Shown here: in pieces, positions 1-9,593 of the stretch
How the letters are laid out: each line of letters begins with the position of its first letter
How positions within the stretch are numbered: the first letter of the stretch is position 1
Source: Acidobacteriota bacterium
GTDB taxonomy: Bacteria; Acidobacteriota; UBA890; WLXD01
NCBI GenBank assembly: GCA_965248695.1
Contig: CBDFKD010000002.1
Coordinates: 1,536,001 to 1,600,000, forward strand
Direction: 5' to 3'
DNA: 64,000 nt
Notes under the pieces: model-generated
The model's database searches: none
Told to the model about the DNA's origin: nothing
Seen by the model: the letters and a program-made list of their open reading frames with translations, nothing else
Position numbers and translations under genes: made by a program

Positions 1-659
1 AAGAAGTCCGAGCTGTCCCCCGGCGCCGCGGCGACGATCGACGGCCACCCGCCGGCGGCGGTCATCGCGATCGGCAGCGCCAGCGCGAAGCCCGAGAGCA
101 GAACGACGAGCTGCACCATGTTCACCCAGGCCGATGTCACCAGACCGCCAGCCGTGAAGTAGACGGTCACCAGGAGACCCCCGAGCACGCACCCGACGAC
201 GGCCGGAACCTCGGCGACCGCATGCAACACGAACGCCACCGCCACCAGCTGTGCCGAGAGCGCCGTCAGGCTCGCGAACCACAGGAGCGTAGCGGTGACG
301 CACCGGACGCCGGGCCCGTAGCGCCACTCGAGATAGTCGCCGACGGTCCGCAGGTCGTGCTCGCGCGCGTGGCTCCAGATCCTGGGACCGAGCGAACAGG
401 ACATCAGCAGCGTACCGAGGCCCGCCGAGCCCACCCACCACCAGGCGCTCAGACCATCCCGGTATCCGAGGCTGGCGGCTCCCATTGTCGTACCGGCGCC
501 GATGTTCGCCGCCAGGATGGTGGCGAACAGGAGCAGCGGCCCGAGCTCACGGCCGGCAACGAAGAACTGTCGGGCGCTGTCGACGCGGCGTCCGATCCAC
601 ATTCCGAGGCCGATCAGTGCGGCCGAGTAGCCGATCAAGAGCAGCAGTTGGGCGCTCAC
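1..659 (-). CDS. Sodium:solute symporter family protein (partial, runs off window start)
   Basis: Manual translation from GTG at 659: MSAQLLLLIGYSAALIGLGMWIGRRVDSARQFFVAGRELG...AANIGAGTTMGAASLGYRDG, a typical SSS N-terminus; GAGGGG-type RBS upstream. Confidence 0.85.
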   Translation of the reverse strand, partial: MSAQLLLLIGYSAALIGLGMWIGRRVDSARQFFVAGRELGPLLLFATILAANIGAGTTMGAASLGYRDGLSAWWWVGSAGLGTLLMSCSLGPRIWSHAREHDLRTVGDYLEWRYGPGVRCVTATLLWFASLTALSAQLVAVAFVLHAVAEVPAVVGCVLGGLLVTVYFTAGGLVTSAWVNMVQLVVLLSGFALALPIAMTAAGGWPSIVAAAPGDSSDF

Positions 660-770
660 GCTGTCCCCTCGAGACGAGCCGGCGGCCCGGAGACACGATC
701 TTCAGATCGTCATGGCCGCGATGGCGTCAAGCCTACTCCGCCGATCTGGCGGGCGTCCCAGGTGCGAGCG

Positions 771-1059
771 CTAGCGGCCTGTAACAGATGATCGTTGCCT
801 ATCGTGGTGACGAAATGGGCCCGGATGTCAGGCGCTACGACGAGACGATGTTTGCCCATCTTCGAGGAGGAGCAACGGAACAGACGGGCCCAGTCCGCCA
901 CTGTCTTCCGCATTGGCCTTCGGACAGGTGGGCAGTTGCGGGCGATATCGGCGTTGCGGCTCCTGGACGATGTCCCAGCATCGACTTCGTCGCCGCGCCT
1001 TGATCTCACCCGCAAATCCCACCTGCGATAGGCAACGATCATCTGTTACAGGCCACTAG
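771..1059. mobile_element. MITE / structured palindromic repeat, copy 1
   Basis: Terminal inverted repeats CTAGcGGCCTGTAACAGATGATCGTTGCCTATCG (771-804) and CGATAGGCAACGATCATCTGTTACAGGCCaCTAG (1026-1059); homologous copy in opposite orientation at 58723-59000. Confidence 0.85.
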
Positions 1060-2588
1060 AAGGACAGCTGGGCGCTCTTCTCGGCGTAGTGGTTCCAGCC
1101 GAACGCCTGCTTGATTGCCATCACGTAGTCGAACCCCTGCTCCGTACGCGGCGAGAGCGACCGATTGAACTCCGACGGCATCACCGCATGGCCCTCCCAT
1201 TCCTCATTCCAAGAGCCGACGCTGACGACTGGAACTACCCGGTTCAACCGGCCGGCGCCGAAAGCAGGCGACATGTAGTTGTCGGAATGGAACTCCAGCA
1301 TTTCTTGCAGGAACTCCCCGTAGTCCTTGCGGTTGGCGTGCAACGTCGGGACGTTCCGCTTCGAGAAGCCAGCCGCCAGGCTCGGCACTACGAACATCGG
1401 TCTGTCGGTGAACCGGCTGCGGTGCTCGAGGGCCCCGGCGTACGTGCCGAGAAGGACTTCCTTCACCTGCTCGACGTAACGGCTGCGCAGATTCTGGCCA
1501 CCACGCCGGATGAAGTCGCCGCTGCTGGCATGGTGGTAGTTGAACACCCCGTCGAAGTTGGCGCTGCGACGACGACGTCCCTCATCGAACCGATCGGTCT
1601 CGGCGAACGTCGTCTCCTCGCCGAGGACGAACGGAGCCTGCCCGTAAACCTTCTCGAATGTCTTGATAGCGTTCTCCATCGCCTCGTCGATGCGGTCGTA
1701 CTGCGGTCCCGTTCCATCTACGTTGGTGCCCCAGGTGTGACTGGCGTACGCGAATATCACCGGACGGCCATCGATGGTGAAGATTCGCGCCTTGCTGTTG
1801 TCGCGCAGGGCACGGAATGTCCGGGCCATGCCGCGGAAGTGGTCGATGAGCCGCTTACGGGTGCGAGCGTTCTCGAAGTTGCCGCGCTTGCCGGTCGGGA
1901 TCCGCAAGCTGATGAGGCTCTCGTACAGCAGTGCGGCGTGGCGCGTGCGGCCGTTGGCCGCGTTCATATACCCGAGTGTGAGGTTGTTGTTGAGGTTACG
2001 GTCCGCCGTCGGGTCCCCCCAGCTCAGCGCATCAACGGTAATGCCGAACTCGTTCTTCAGATCGTTGAACAGCGCCTCGGTGGCGGGATCACGAGAGGTA
2101 TAGTCGCCACCCTTGAACCAAACGTGGTGGTCCGTCGGCTTACGGGTCGGATGATTGAACCAGCCGTAGTGCCAGTTGACCGTGACCGGGCGCGGACGAC
2201 GGGCGCTGTCGTTGTCGCGTAGGTATTTGAGAGTGCGGGAGATTGCGGTCGCATCCTGCGCGTCGACTCGACCCCGCCCGAAGACATCGACGCGGTGGTC
2301 GTAGCCGGCGCGCGCGACAACGTCGAGACCCCGGCGGCTGTCGAGCGATCGTCGCGCAAGTTCAACGTCGGCTGACCCGACAACGCCGTTGCCGGTGACA
2401 TCGGCGACGAACGACGACAGCAACTTCGGCTGCGCAGCTGCGACATCGGCGAGGAGCGCCTCGCGAAGCGGCCAGCCCAGGGCGGCGATCGTGGCCAGGC
2501 GACCGCCGCGGCGCAAGAGTCGCCGCCGCGAAAGCTCATCGGTCTGGTCACCTGGGCAGCACTGCACTGGCTTCGTAGGGTCACGCAC
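1056..2588 (-). CDS. Tat-exported GH99-like glycoside hydrolase with N-terminal dockerin-like motif
   Basis: SRRRLL twin-arginine signal; DVTGNGVVGSAD...DVFGRGRVDAQD duplicated Ca-loop-like motif; WHYGWF and SWNEEWEGH resemble GH99 motifs. Confidence 0.6.
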   Translation of the reverse strand: MRDPTKPVQCCPGDQTDELSRRRLLRRGGRLATIAALGWPLREALLADVAAAQPKLLSSFVADVTGNGVVGSADVELARRSLDSRRGLDVVARAGYDHRVDVFGRGRVDAQDATAISRTLKYLRDNDSARRPRPVTVNWHYGWFNHPTRKPTDHHVWFKGGDYTSRDPATEALFNDLKNEFGITVDALSWGDPTADRNLNNNLTLGYMNAANGRTRHAALLYESLISLRIPTGKRGNFENARTRKRLIDHFRGMARTFRALRDNSKARIFTIDGRPVIFAYASHTWGTNVDGTGPQYDRIDEAMENAIKTFEKVYGQAPFVLGEETTFAETDRFDEGRRRRSANFDGVFNYHHASSGDFIRRGGQNLRSRYVEQVKEVLLGTYAGALEHRSRFTDRPMFVVPSLAAGFSKRNVPTLHANRKDYGEFLQEMLEFHSDNYMSPAFGAGRLNRVVPVVSVGSWNEEWEGHAVMPSEFNRSLSPRTEQGFDYVMAIKQAFGWNHYAEKSAQLSF

Positions 2589-2724
2589 GAGGGGCTCCTT
2601 GGTCGCTTACCTAAAAGCTAGGAAAACGGGCGCAGCGGCGGCAACGTCGATCGCCTCCACCGACGCCAGTCGCCGGACATCCGCGGCGCCGAACGCGCAC
2701 CGCTGGACGCGAGGCCTCGGCGCT

Positions 2725-2860
2725 CGTAGATAACGATTCGATCCCGCATCCCTCTGTGGATTAGTAGAACTTATTATTAGTTAGTAATAGTCTATTTTGA
2801 TTCTCTATGAGTTAGAAAGACTCACGGTGGATTCTTTTGATCTTTGAATTATGTCCAAAC
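2725..2860. promoter_or_regulatory. AT-rich intergenic segment, candidate replication origin (unwinding element with DnaA-box-like sites) or strong promoter region
   Basis: TGTGGATTA at 2755-2763 (1 mismatch to TGTGGATAA), followed by TAG/TAA/TTA triplet runs; further degenerate boxes at 2725 and 2826. Confidence 0.45.
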
Positions 2861-2987
2861 TGGTCGATACGCGTTCCGTGGTCGCCTCCACGAGCATCCC
2901 GGCATCGGCTGGCGGCGGATCGGCATCAGCCGGTAGTCTCTCCACCTTCTACAAAGAGCTTTCAACGTCCATTCTGGAGGGACAACG

Positions 2988-5900
2988 GTGCAAACTCCCC
3001 GATCGACAGCACCCCCCGAGAGCAAGACCGGAGGCGCCACTCTACTCGTTGCGGTCGGCGTGCTAGCGCTCGTCGCCACAACGGCCGGGGTCGGCGCGGC
3101 GCAAGAGGGCAGCGCGGTGGCCGAGGCGCTCGCAGCGATGAGCTGGCGCTCGATCGGTCCGGCCAACATGGGCGGCCGCGTGACCGACATTCTCGGAGTG
3201 CCCGGCGACCCGACCACATTCTGGTTCGGCGCGGCCGACGGCGGCTTGTGGAAGACAAGCAATGCCGGCACCACGTTCGAAGGACAGTGGCAGGATGAGC
3301 AAGCCTATTCGGTGGGCGCCGTGGCACTGGCGCCGTCCGATCACAACGTCCTGTATCTGGGCTCGGGCGAAGGTGACCCACGCAACTCGGTGTCCTATGG
3401 ACTCGGCGTGTGGCGATCGACCGACGGTGGCGACAACTGGAGCCACCTCGGCCTCGACGATACCGAGCGCATCAAGCGCATTCGCGTCCATCCCGGCGAC
3501 CCGAACGTAGCCTACGTGTGTGCGCTTGGCCATGAGTGGGGCCCGAACGAGGAGCGCGGCGTCTTTCGCACCACCGACGGCGGCGCGAGCTGGGAAAAGG
3601 TGCTGTACGTCGACGAGGATACGGGCTGCTCCGACCTGGATATGGACCTGTCGAATCCGCGCATCCTCTACGCCGGAATGTGGACCTTCCGGCGCCTACC
3701 CTGGCGCTTCGACGACGGTGGCGGCGAGACTGGCCTGTACAAGTCGACCGACGGCGGCACCACCTGGAAGAAGATGAGCGTCGTCGACGAGCCGATGGCC
3801 CGCATCGGTGTCTCGGTGGCCCAGAGTCAGCCCGCTACCGTGTACGTGGTTACCGAGACACCGACGAAAGGAACCCTGTTTCGCTCCGACGACTACGGGT
3901 CCAGTTGGCGCATGGTTACCGCCGAGCGCAACATCAACTTCCGGCCGTTCTACTACAGCGACGTCCGCGCCGACCCGAGCGACCCGGATACCGTCTGGTC
4001 CCTTTCCGGTGGCCTGTTCAAATCCACCGACGGCGGGCGCAGCTTCGACAGCGTCGGTCGAGGAATCCACGGCGACCATCAGTCGTTGTGGATCGACCCG
4101 GCAAACGGCAACCACGTGCTGTCCGGATCGGACGGTGGCTATCAAGTGACCTTCGACGGTGGCTCGACCTGGACGGTGATGAAGAACGTCGTCCTGGCGC
4201 AGTACTACCAGATCTTCGTGGACGATCGCGATCCGTACTTCGTATGCGGCGGGTTGCAGGACAACGGCAACTGGTGCGGGCCCAGCCACACGACGAACGG
4301 CGGCTTCGGCGGTGGCGGCATTCGACAGGACGAGTGGTACACAGTGTCCGGAGGCGACGGGTTCTACGCCGTTCCCGTACCCGGCAAGCCCAACCTCGTC
4401 TACTCCAACGCCCAGGGCGGTTACCTGCGAATCACCGACACGACCTCGGGCCGCACGCAGTCCATCGAGCCCTACCCGCGCATGATCGGCTCCGCCGGCC
4501 AGGGCATGTTCCGGGCCAGGTATCGCTTCAACTGGGACGCCCCGATCCACATATCGCCGCACGCAGCCGGAACCGTGTACTGGGGCGGCAACGTGTTGTT
4601 CAAGAGCACCGACTACGGTCACTCGTGGGACGTCATCAGCCCGGACCTGTCGAACGACGAGCCCGACAAGCTGATCGACTCGGGCGGCGAGATCTATCTC
4701 GACAACACAGCCGCCGAATTTCACGCCACCATCCTCACCGTGCGCGAGTCGCCGGTGGAGGCCGGGGTGATCTGGGCCGGCACTGACGACGGCAACGTGC
4801 AGGTGACTCGTGACGGCGGCGACACATGGACGCTGATCAACGCCAACATCCCAAACCTGCCGACGGAGGCGTGGGTGTCGAAGATCGACACGTCGCATCA
4901 CGTTGGCGGGCGTGCGTTCATCAACGTCGACCAGCACCGCCTCGATGACTTCACCCCGCATGTGTGGCGTTGCGACGACTACGGCGCCGCCTGCGTCGAC
5001 CTCAGCGGCGGCCTCCCTCAGGACGACTACACCAAGGTCATCCGTGAGGATCCGCGCAACGAAAACCTGCTGTACGTCGGAATGGAGCGTGGGCTGTACG
5101 CCTCTTGGGACGGCGGCAACGAGTGGCACGATATCCGTCTGAACTTGCCGCGCGTGTCGGTGCGAGACATCAAGATCCAGCAGCAGTACAACGATCTCGT
5201 GATCGGCACCCACGGCCGCGGTGCCTGGATCCTCGACGACATCGCGCCGCTGCAGGGGCTACCCGACTCGCTGTTCGAGGAGCTGCACGTGTTCCCGATG
5301 CGTACCGCAACCCTCTGGCAGCAGTGGAACCGGGACGCGTCACAGGGTCACGGCAACTTCGTCGGCGAGAATCCCGCTGCCGGCGCCTACGTCAACTTCT
5401 GGCTCGACGAGGCGCCCGAAGACCCGGTCGAGATCCGCATCACCGCCACTGATGGCGCCGTCGTGCGGGAGATCACCCACGACGACGCCCAGGCCGGCGT
5501 CAACCGCGCCATCTGGACCCTGCGTCATCAGGGTCCGCGTCCGTCGCGCGACGCCCAAGGTGGTGGCTTCTTCCGTCGGCTCGCCAACTTCGGCGCGCCG
5601 GCATTGCCGGGCGACTACACCGCTACGGTGATCGTCGGCGATACTGAGAAGAGTGTCGATTTCGACCTGCGTTGGGACCCGCGCAACTCCCTCACAAGCG
5701 ATCAGATCAGGGCGCAGCACGACACCGCCCAGCAACTCGTCGACCTGACTTCCGAGGCCAACGATCTCGTGGACACGGTTACCGAGCTGTCGGAGCAGCT
5801 GGTCGATCTGCAATCGAACGTCGAGCGCGCCAGCATCGAAGACCTCGAGCAAGTCCAGGAGCAGATCGGCACCGCAATTGACGAGCTGGCCGAGCTCGAC

Positions 5901-6176
5901 AACAAGCTGCGGCGGCCACCCCCGAACATGGGCTTCCGACAGTACCCGCGACTGCGGGAGGAGGTTCGCAGCCTGATGTTCGGCGTCTCCGGAACCCAGG
6001 GCGAACCCACCGAAGGTCAGCTTGCCGTGGTGGCAGAGCTCCAGTCGGACGCCGTAGCGCTGCGCGACGAGCTTGACGGAATCATCAGCGGCACGTTGGC
6101 TCAGCTCAACGCGATGCTCGGCAGTCTTCCGGCGATCCTCGTACCGACCGGCGATTCCGGGGGCGGTCAGGAGTAG
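2988..6176 (+). CDS. Secreted BNR/Asp-box (VPS10/sortilin-like) beta-propeller glycosyl hydrolase
   Basis: WRSIGPANMGGRV start, repeated SxDGGxxW Asp boxes, GGLQDNG and RYRFNW motifs, C-terminal coiled coil. Confidence 0.85.
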   Translation: MQTPRSTAPPESKTGGATLLVAVGVLALVATTAGVGAAQEGSAVAEALAAMSWRSIGPANMGGRVTDILGVPGDPTTFWFGAADGGLWKTSNAGTTFEGQWQDEQAYSVGAVALAPSDHNVLYLGSGEGDPRNSVSYGLGVWRSTDGGDNWSHLGLDDTERIKRIRVHPGDPNVAYVCALGHEWGPNEERGVFRTTDGGASWEKVLYVDEDTGCSDLDMDLSNPRILYAGMWTFRRLPWRFDDGGGETGLYKSTDGGTTWKKMSVVDEPMARIGVSVAQSQPATVYVVTETPTKGTLFRSDDYGSSWRMVTAERNINFRPFYYSDVRADPSDPDTVWSLSGGLFKSTDGGRSFDSVGRGIHGDHQSLWIDPANGNHVLSGSDGGYQVTFDGGSTWTVMKNVVLAQYYQIFVDDRDPYFVCGGLQDNGNWCGPSHTTNGGFGGGGIRQDEWYTVSGGDGFYAVPVPGKPNLVYSNAQGGYLRITDTTSGRTQSIEPYPRMIGSAGQGMFRARYRFNWDAPIHISPHAAGTVYWGGNVLFKSTDYGHSWDVISPDLSNDEPDKLIDSGGEIYLDNTAAEFHATILTVRESPVEAGVIWAGTDDGNVQVTRDGGDTWTLINANIPNLPTEAWVSKIDTSHHVGGRAFINVDQHRLDDFTPHVWRCDDYGAACVDLSGGLPQDDYTKVIREDPRNENLLYVGMERGLYASWDGGNEWHDIRLNLPRVSVRDIKIQQQYNDLVIGTHGRGAWILDDIAPLQGLPDSLFEELHVFPMRTATLWQQWNRDASQGHGNFVGENPAAGAYVNFWLDEAPEDPVEIRITATDGAVVREITHDDAQAGVNRAIWTLRHQGPRPSRDAQGGGFFRRLANFGAPALPGDYTATVIVGDTEKSVDFDLRWDPRNSLTSDQIRAQHDTAQQLVDLTSEANDLVDTVTELSEQLVDLQSNVERASIEDLEQVQEQIGTAIDELAELDNKLRRPPPNMGFRQYPRLREEVRSLMFGVSGTQGEPTEGQLAVVAELQSDAVALRDELDGIISGTLAQLNAMLGSLPAILVPTGDSGGGQE

Positions 6177-6192
6177 CCCGACGCGAGGCTCG

Positions 6193-7926
6193 ATGGTTCG
6201 CACGCTCGCACTGCTGCTGCTGACGGCGTCAGCTGCCGGTCAGCTGTCTGCCCAGGACCCGCAGAGCTTCCGCACCGGCGTCTACCTGACGCGCATCAAG
6301 GTGGCGGTGCTCGACGACGACGGCGCGCCCGTCGCCGGTCTCCGGACCCACGAGTTCCAGCTCTTCGAGGACGGGGTGGAGCAGGACATCCAGCTGGTGC
6401 TCGCGCCCCGCGACGCGCCCTTGGACCTTGCGCTGGTGCTCGATTTCAGCGCCAGCGTGGCAAACGAATGGCCGGACCCGAAGCCACGCGAGGCGGTGCA
6501 CTCGTTGCTCGAGGCCCTGGAACCCGAGGATTGTGTCTTGCTCATGCCGTTCCACTCGGCAGTCGGGCCCGCCCGTTGGGGCTCACCTCGCGACCAGCTC
6601 CTGCGGCGCATCATCGACACCATCCCCTACGGCTCGGAGACCCGTTTGTACGACGCCATCCAGGCGGCCTCGCGTGGCCTCCAGCGGCGCCGCGACAACG
6701 ACGTTGCCGACGACATGGTGAACGAGCGCCCGAGCTGCACCGAACCGCTGACCGCAGCACAAGCCGACGGCCGCCGCGCCGCCATTGTGGTGCTGTCGGA
6801 CGGCGAGGACACCGGCGGCAGCACTCAATACGCCGACGTCCTCTTGGCCACGCTTCAGACCGAGATGCCGATCTTCCCGGTCGCGGTCGGAATGGCATCC
6901 GGGCGCCCGGCGCCCAGTCGCTTCCGCGATTTCGCCGACTACCGGCGTGAGCGTATCTACGTCGATGCCTTACAGCGGCAGCTCGCCGAGCTGGCGCGCG
7001 TCTCCGGTGGACAGCTGGTGACGCAACGCGACATCCGCGACGGCTACGACGAGGTGCTAGCGCTCGTGCGCGGCTACTACGTCCTCGCCTACCCGAGTCC
7101 GACGCCGATGAGCGAGGGCTGGCACGAGGTAGAGGTCAAGGTCGCAGGCGCCCGGCCCGTGGTGCAGCCGGGCGTCTTCCGGACCTCCATCGACTACGCC
7201 AGTGTCCGATCGCTATTGCGACAGGCCTCGAAGCTGCTTCCCGACGAACCCGCGAAGGCGCTGGCGATATTCCGGTCCGCTGCCGCAATCGATGCGCAGC
7301 TGAGCTCGCCGCACATGGGTCGTGGTGTCGTTCTCGAGCGCGCCGGGCTGTGGCCCGGAGCCCGTCAGGCATACGAGCAGGCGCTCGATCTGACTCCGGG
7401 CTCCGGCGAGCTGCACTCGCGCATCGCCCACGTCGCCTATCAGCTGATGGATTACCCGGCCGCTTGGAATCACGCCATCCGTGCACGGCGCGCGGGAGTA
7501 CCCACCGAAGAGGTCCTCGATCGACTGCGCCGTGCATCGGACCCACCAGACGGACTCGTCGCTTTGAACGCCGGACCTGTGGTGGAGCTTCTCAAACCGA
7601 TGGTCCCGGACCTGCAGGCGCAGCTGTCGTTGCGCGACGCACACCGCCGTGTAGCCCGCCTGCTGGAGCGCCAACCCACGATTGCGCTGGCGCGCCATCC
7701 TGCGCTCGTCGACTTCGTCGTCTGGCCCGAGCTGCGCGAGCTCGGCGACGGGGCGCGCCAGCGACTCGATCTTCGGCTTCGAGCTGTGAGCAACTGGCGC
7801 GAGATCGAACGCCAGGAGCGCATCCGCGTCGATGACATCAACGACCCGGACGCCCTCGACGCCGCGACTTCGGAGGCAGTAGCGAAACTGGCCGCCTGGA
7901 TCGTGAAGCAGCACGCCGATCGGTGA
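6193..7926 (+). CDS. VWA domain protein with TPR region
   Basis: Signal peptide, LVLDFSASV MIDAS-like motif, TRLYDAI, VVLSDGED, YVLAY, TPR-like helices; start placed at ATG 6193. Confidence 0.8.
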   Translation: MVRTLALLLLTASAAGQLSAQDPQSFRTGVYLTRIKVAVLDDDGAPVAGLRTHEFQLFEDGVEQDIQLVLAPRDAPLDLALVLDFSASVANEWPDPKPREAVHSLLEALEPEDCVLLMPFHSAVGPARWGSPRDQLLRRIIDTIPYGSETRLYDAIQAASRGLQRRRDNDVADDMVNERPSCTEPLTAAQADGRRAAIVVLSDGEDTGGSTQYADVLLATLQTEMPIFPVAVGMASGRPAPSRFRDFADYRRERIYVDALQRQLAELARVSGGQLVTQRDIRDGYDEVLALVRGYYVLAYPSPTPMSEGWHEVEVKVAGARPVVQPGVFRTSIDYASVRSLLRQASKLLPDEPAKALAIFRSAAAIDAQLSSPHMGRGVVLERAGLWPGARQAYEQALDLTPGSGELHSRIAHVAYQLMDYPAAWNHAIRARRAGVPTEEVLDRLRRASDPPDGLVALNAGPVVELLKPMVPDLQAQLSLRDAHRRVARLLERQPTIALARHPALVDFVVWPELRELGDGARQRLDLRLRAVSNWREIERQERIRVDDINDPDALDAATSEAVAKLAAWIVKQHADR

Positions 7927-7982
7927 GGCGGAGCCTTGATCGCCTCGTGGTTCAATCGCGCCGTCGTGCTGTCGCGTTGCTG

Positions 7983-8171
7983 CTAGACGACGCGATCACC
8001 ACCGCGCAAATGACGGATGAGGGCGGCCCACAGGCCGATTTCTCCGGCCGCCCCGATGGTGGCGAAGGCGACGAACAGCGCCCCGGCCCCCGCCACTAAC
8101 GCGAGGGGATAGCCGATCAGCGCCATCGCCGCGAAGATCAGCAGCTTAGTTCGTTTAGCCAGCAACTTCAT
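7983..8171 (-). CDS. Small membrane protein
   Basis: MKLLAKRTKLLIFAAMALIGYPLALV, hydrophobic; overlaps the SCO stop. Confidence 0.55.
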   Translation of the reverse strand: MKLLAKRTKLLIFAAMALIGYPLALVAGAGALFVAFATIGAAGEIGLWAALIRHLRGGDRVV

Positions 8172-8823
8172 CGAGGACCTGCCTGACGCCGTCAGCAATA
8201 AACTCCGGCGCGTCGTCCGGGCGGAACGTGTAGCGTACGCGCCCCTCACCGTCGATTAGGTAGGTATACGTCGAGTGGCCGAAGATTGTTCCTTCGGCGG
8301 ACTCCGAGGCAACCTCATATAAGCCCGCGTAGGCCGCCACCACCTCGTCGATCTGCGCCGCCGAGCCGGTGAGGCCAATGGCGCGGATACCGAAGTAGGC
8401 CAGATACTCCCCTACCCGCGCCGGCTGGTCGTGCTCCGGATCGATGCTCACGAAGAGAGCCGAGACTCCCGCTGCTCGATCGCCGAGCCGATCGGATGCC
8501 TGCGCCAGCAGCGACAGGGTCGCCGGACAGAAATCCGGACAGCGTGTGTAACCGAAGAACAGCAGAAACACCTCGCCGCGATGGGCGGCGAGATCGAACA
8601 ACGACCCATCGTGCGCCTCGAGAACGAAGTCACCGCCAATGTTGAACTGCTGCAGGACCGGCGCAGCGACAGGTGCCCTCGCCAGCGAGGCGGCCGGCTC
8701 TTCGGCGACGACCTCCGGCGGCCCGTCTTCACGTGTCGACGCCAGGAACACCGCCCCCACCAGGACGATGGAGGCAAGAGCCAGCAGGCGGAGGGTTTTC
8801 TGCAACTCAGTCCTCTGCGCCAC
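8155..8823 (-). CDS. SCO1/SenC copper chaperone
   Basis: FFGYTRCPDFCP (CxxxC), SIDPEHD, HSTYTYLID. Confidence 0.92.
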   Translation of the reverse strand: MAQRTELQKTLRLLALASIVLVGAVFLASTREDGPPEVVAEEPAASLARAPVAAPVLQQFNIGGDFVLEAHDGSLFDLAAHRGEVFLLFFGYTRCPDFCPATLSLLAQASDRLGDRAAGVSALFVSIDPEHDQPARVGEYLAYFGIRAIGLTGSAAQIDEVVAAYAGLYEVASESAEGTIFGHSTYTYLIDGEGRVRYTFRPDDAPEFIADGVRQVLDEVAG

Positions 8824-9589
8824 GCGGACGAACCGGAACGCTCAGTCGGCGCGCGGTGTTGCTCTCGAAGTAGAGCGTCATCTCGACCACGTCGCCGGCG
8901 ACGAGGGGACCCTTGAGCCCATTGAGCATGAGATGGAACCCACCGGGGGCCAGTTGCAGGCGCCCCTCGGCATCGGGCTCCAGGCGTTCCACCGGTTCCA
9001 TCGCTGTGGAGCCGCCCTCCTCTCGCGTTGCATGTACCCGCGCACGCGCCCCCTTGGCTTCAACTTGGATGAGGGCGTCGGGCTCCTCCGGATCGGTGAC
9101 CAGCGTCATGTACCCGGCAGTAACGGTGGCCCCTGGAGGCGTTTCCGCAACCCAGGCGTCCTCGACGTCGACACGCTCCGACTCGGGTCGCTGCAGGGAT
9201 ACCACGAAGCTGGCCAGCTGCTGAAGCTGTTCTGGCGTCAGGTGGGAAAAGGCGGGCATCGCGGCGCCGTCTTCGCTGAAGCCAGAGGCGATCGACACCG
9301 CCACCGCGTCCACGCCGATGCCGGCTTTGTATGCCCCGGGATCGCGGTAGTCGCGCGGCGGCGGATTCATGTACGCGGCGTTGGGACCGCGGCCGCTACC
9401 GTCGGAGCCGTGACAGTTGGCGCAGCCGTTGTTGTCGTAGATCCCCCGGCCGGCGGCAATATCAGCGGCCAGCAGAGCGGTCGGGTCGGGGCCAGGCAAC
9501 TCGGTCGAATCGGCGCAACCTGCAACGAAGATCGACACGGCGATCCCGGTCGTCGCGATCGTGCGTCGAGTGATCATCATCTTGTCCAT
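8807..9589 (-). CDS. Lipoprotein: cytochrome c fused to PCu(A)C copper chaperone
   Basis: Lipobox VAGC, CANCH heme motif, MPAF, then AGYMTL...VH...M...LAPGGFHLML PCuAC motif; exact start uncertain. Confidence 0.8.
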   Translation of the reverse strand: MDKMMITRRTIATTGIAVSIFVAGCADSTELPGPDPTALLAADIAAGRGIYDNNGCANCHGSDGSGRGPNAAYMNPPPRDYRDPGAYKAGIGVDAVAVSIASGFSEDGAAMPAFSHLTPEQLQQLASFVVSLQRPESERVDVEDAWVAETPPGATVTAGYMTLVTDPEEPDALIQVEAKGARARVHATREEGGSTAMEPVERLEPDAEGRLQLAPGGFHLMLNGLKGPLVAGDVVEMTLYFESNTARRLSVPVRPRGAED

Positions 9590-9593
9590 GATG

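Noticed and set aside
710-1042. Short ORFs inside the MITE (also 58723-59040)
   Set aside because: Frames are not preserved between the copies (indels), and substitutions track base pairing rather than codons
3536-5213. Long overlapping or antisense ORFs (also many elsewhere)
   Set aside because: Arg/Gly/Pro-rich shadow frames expected in high-GC coding DNA; no motifs
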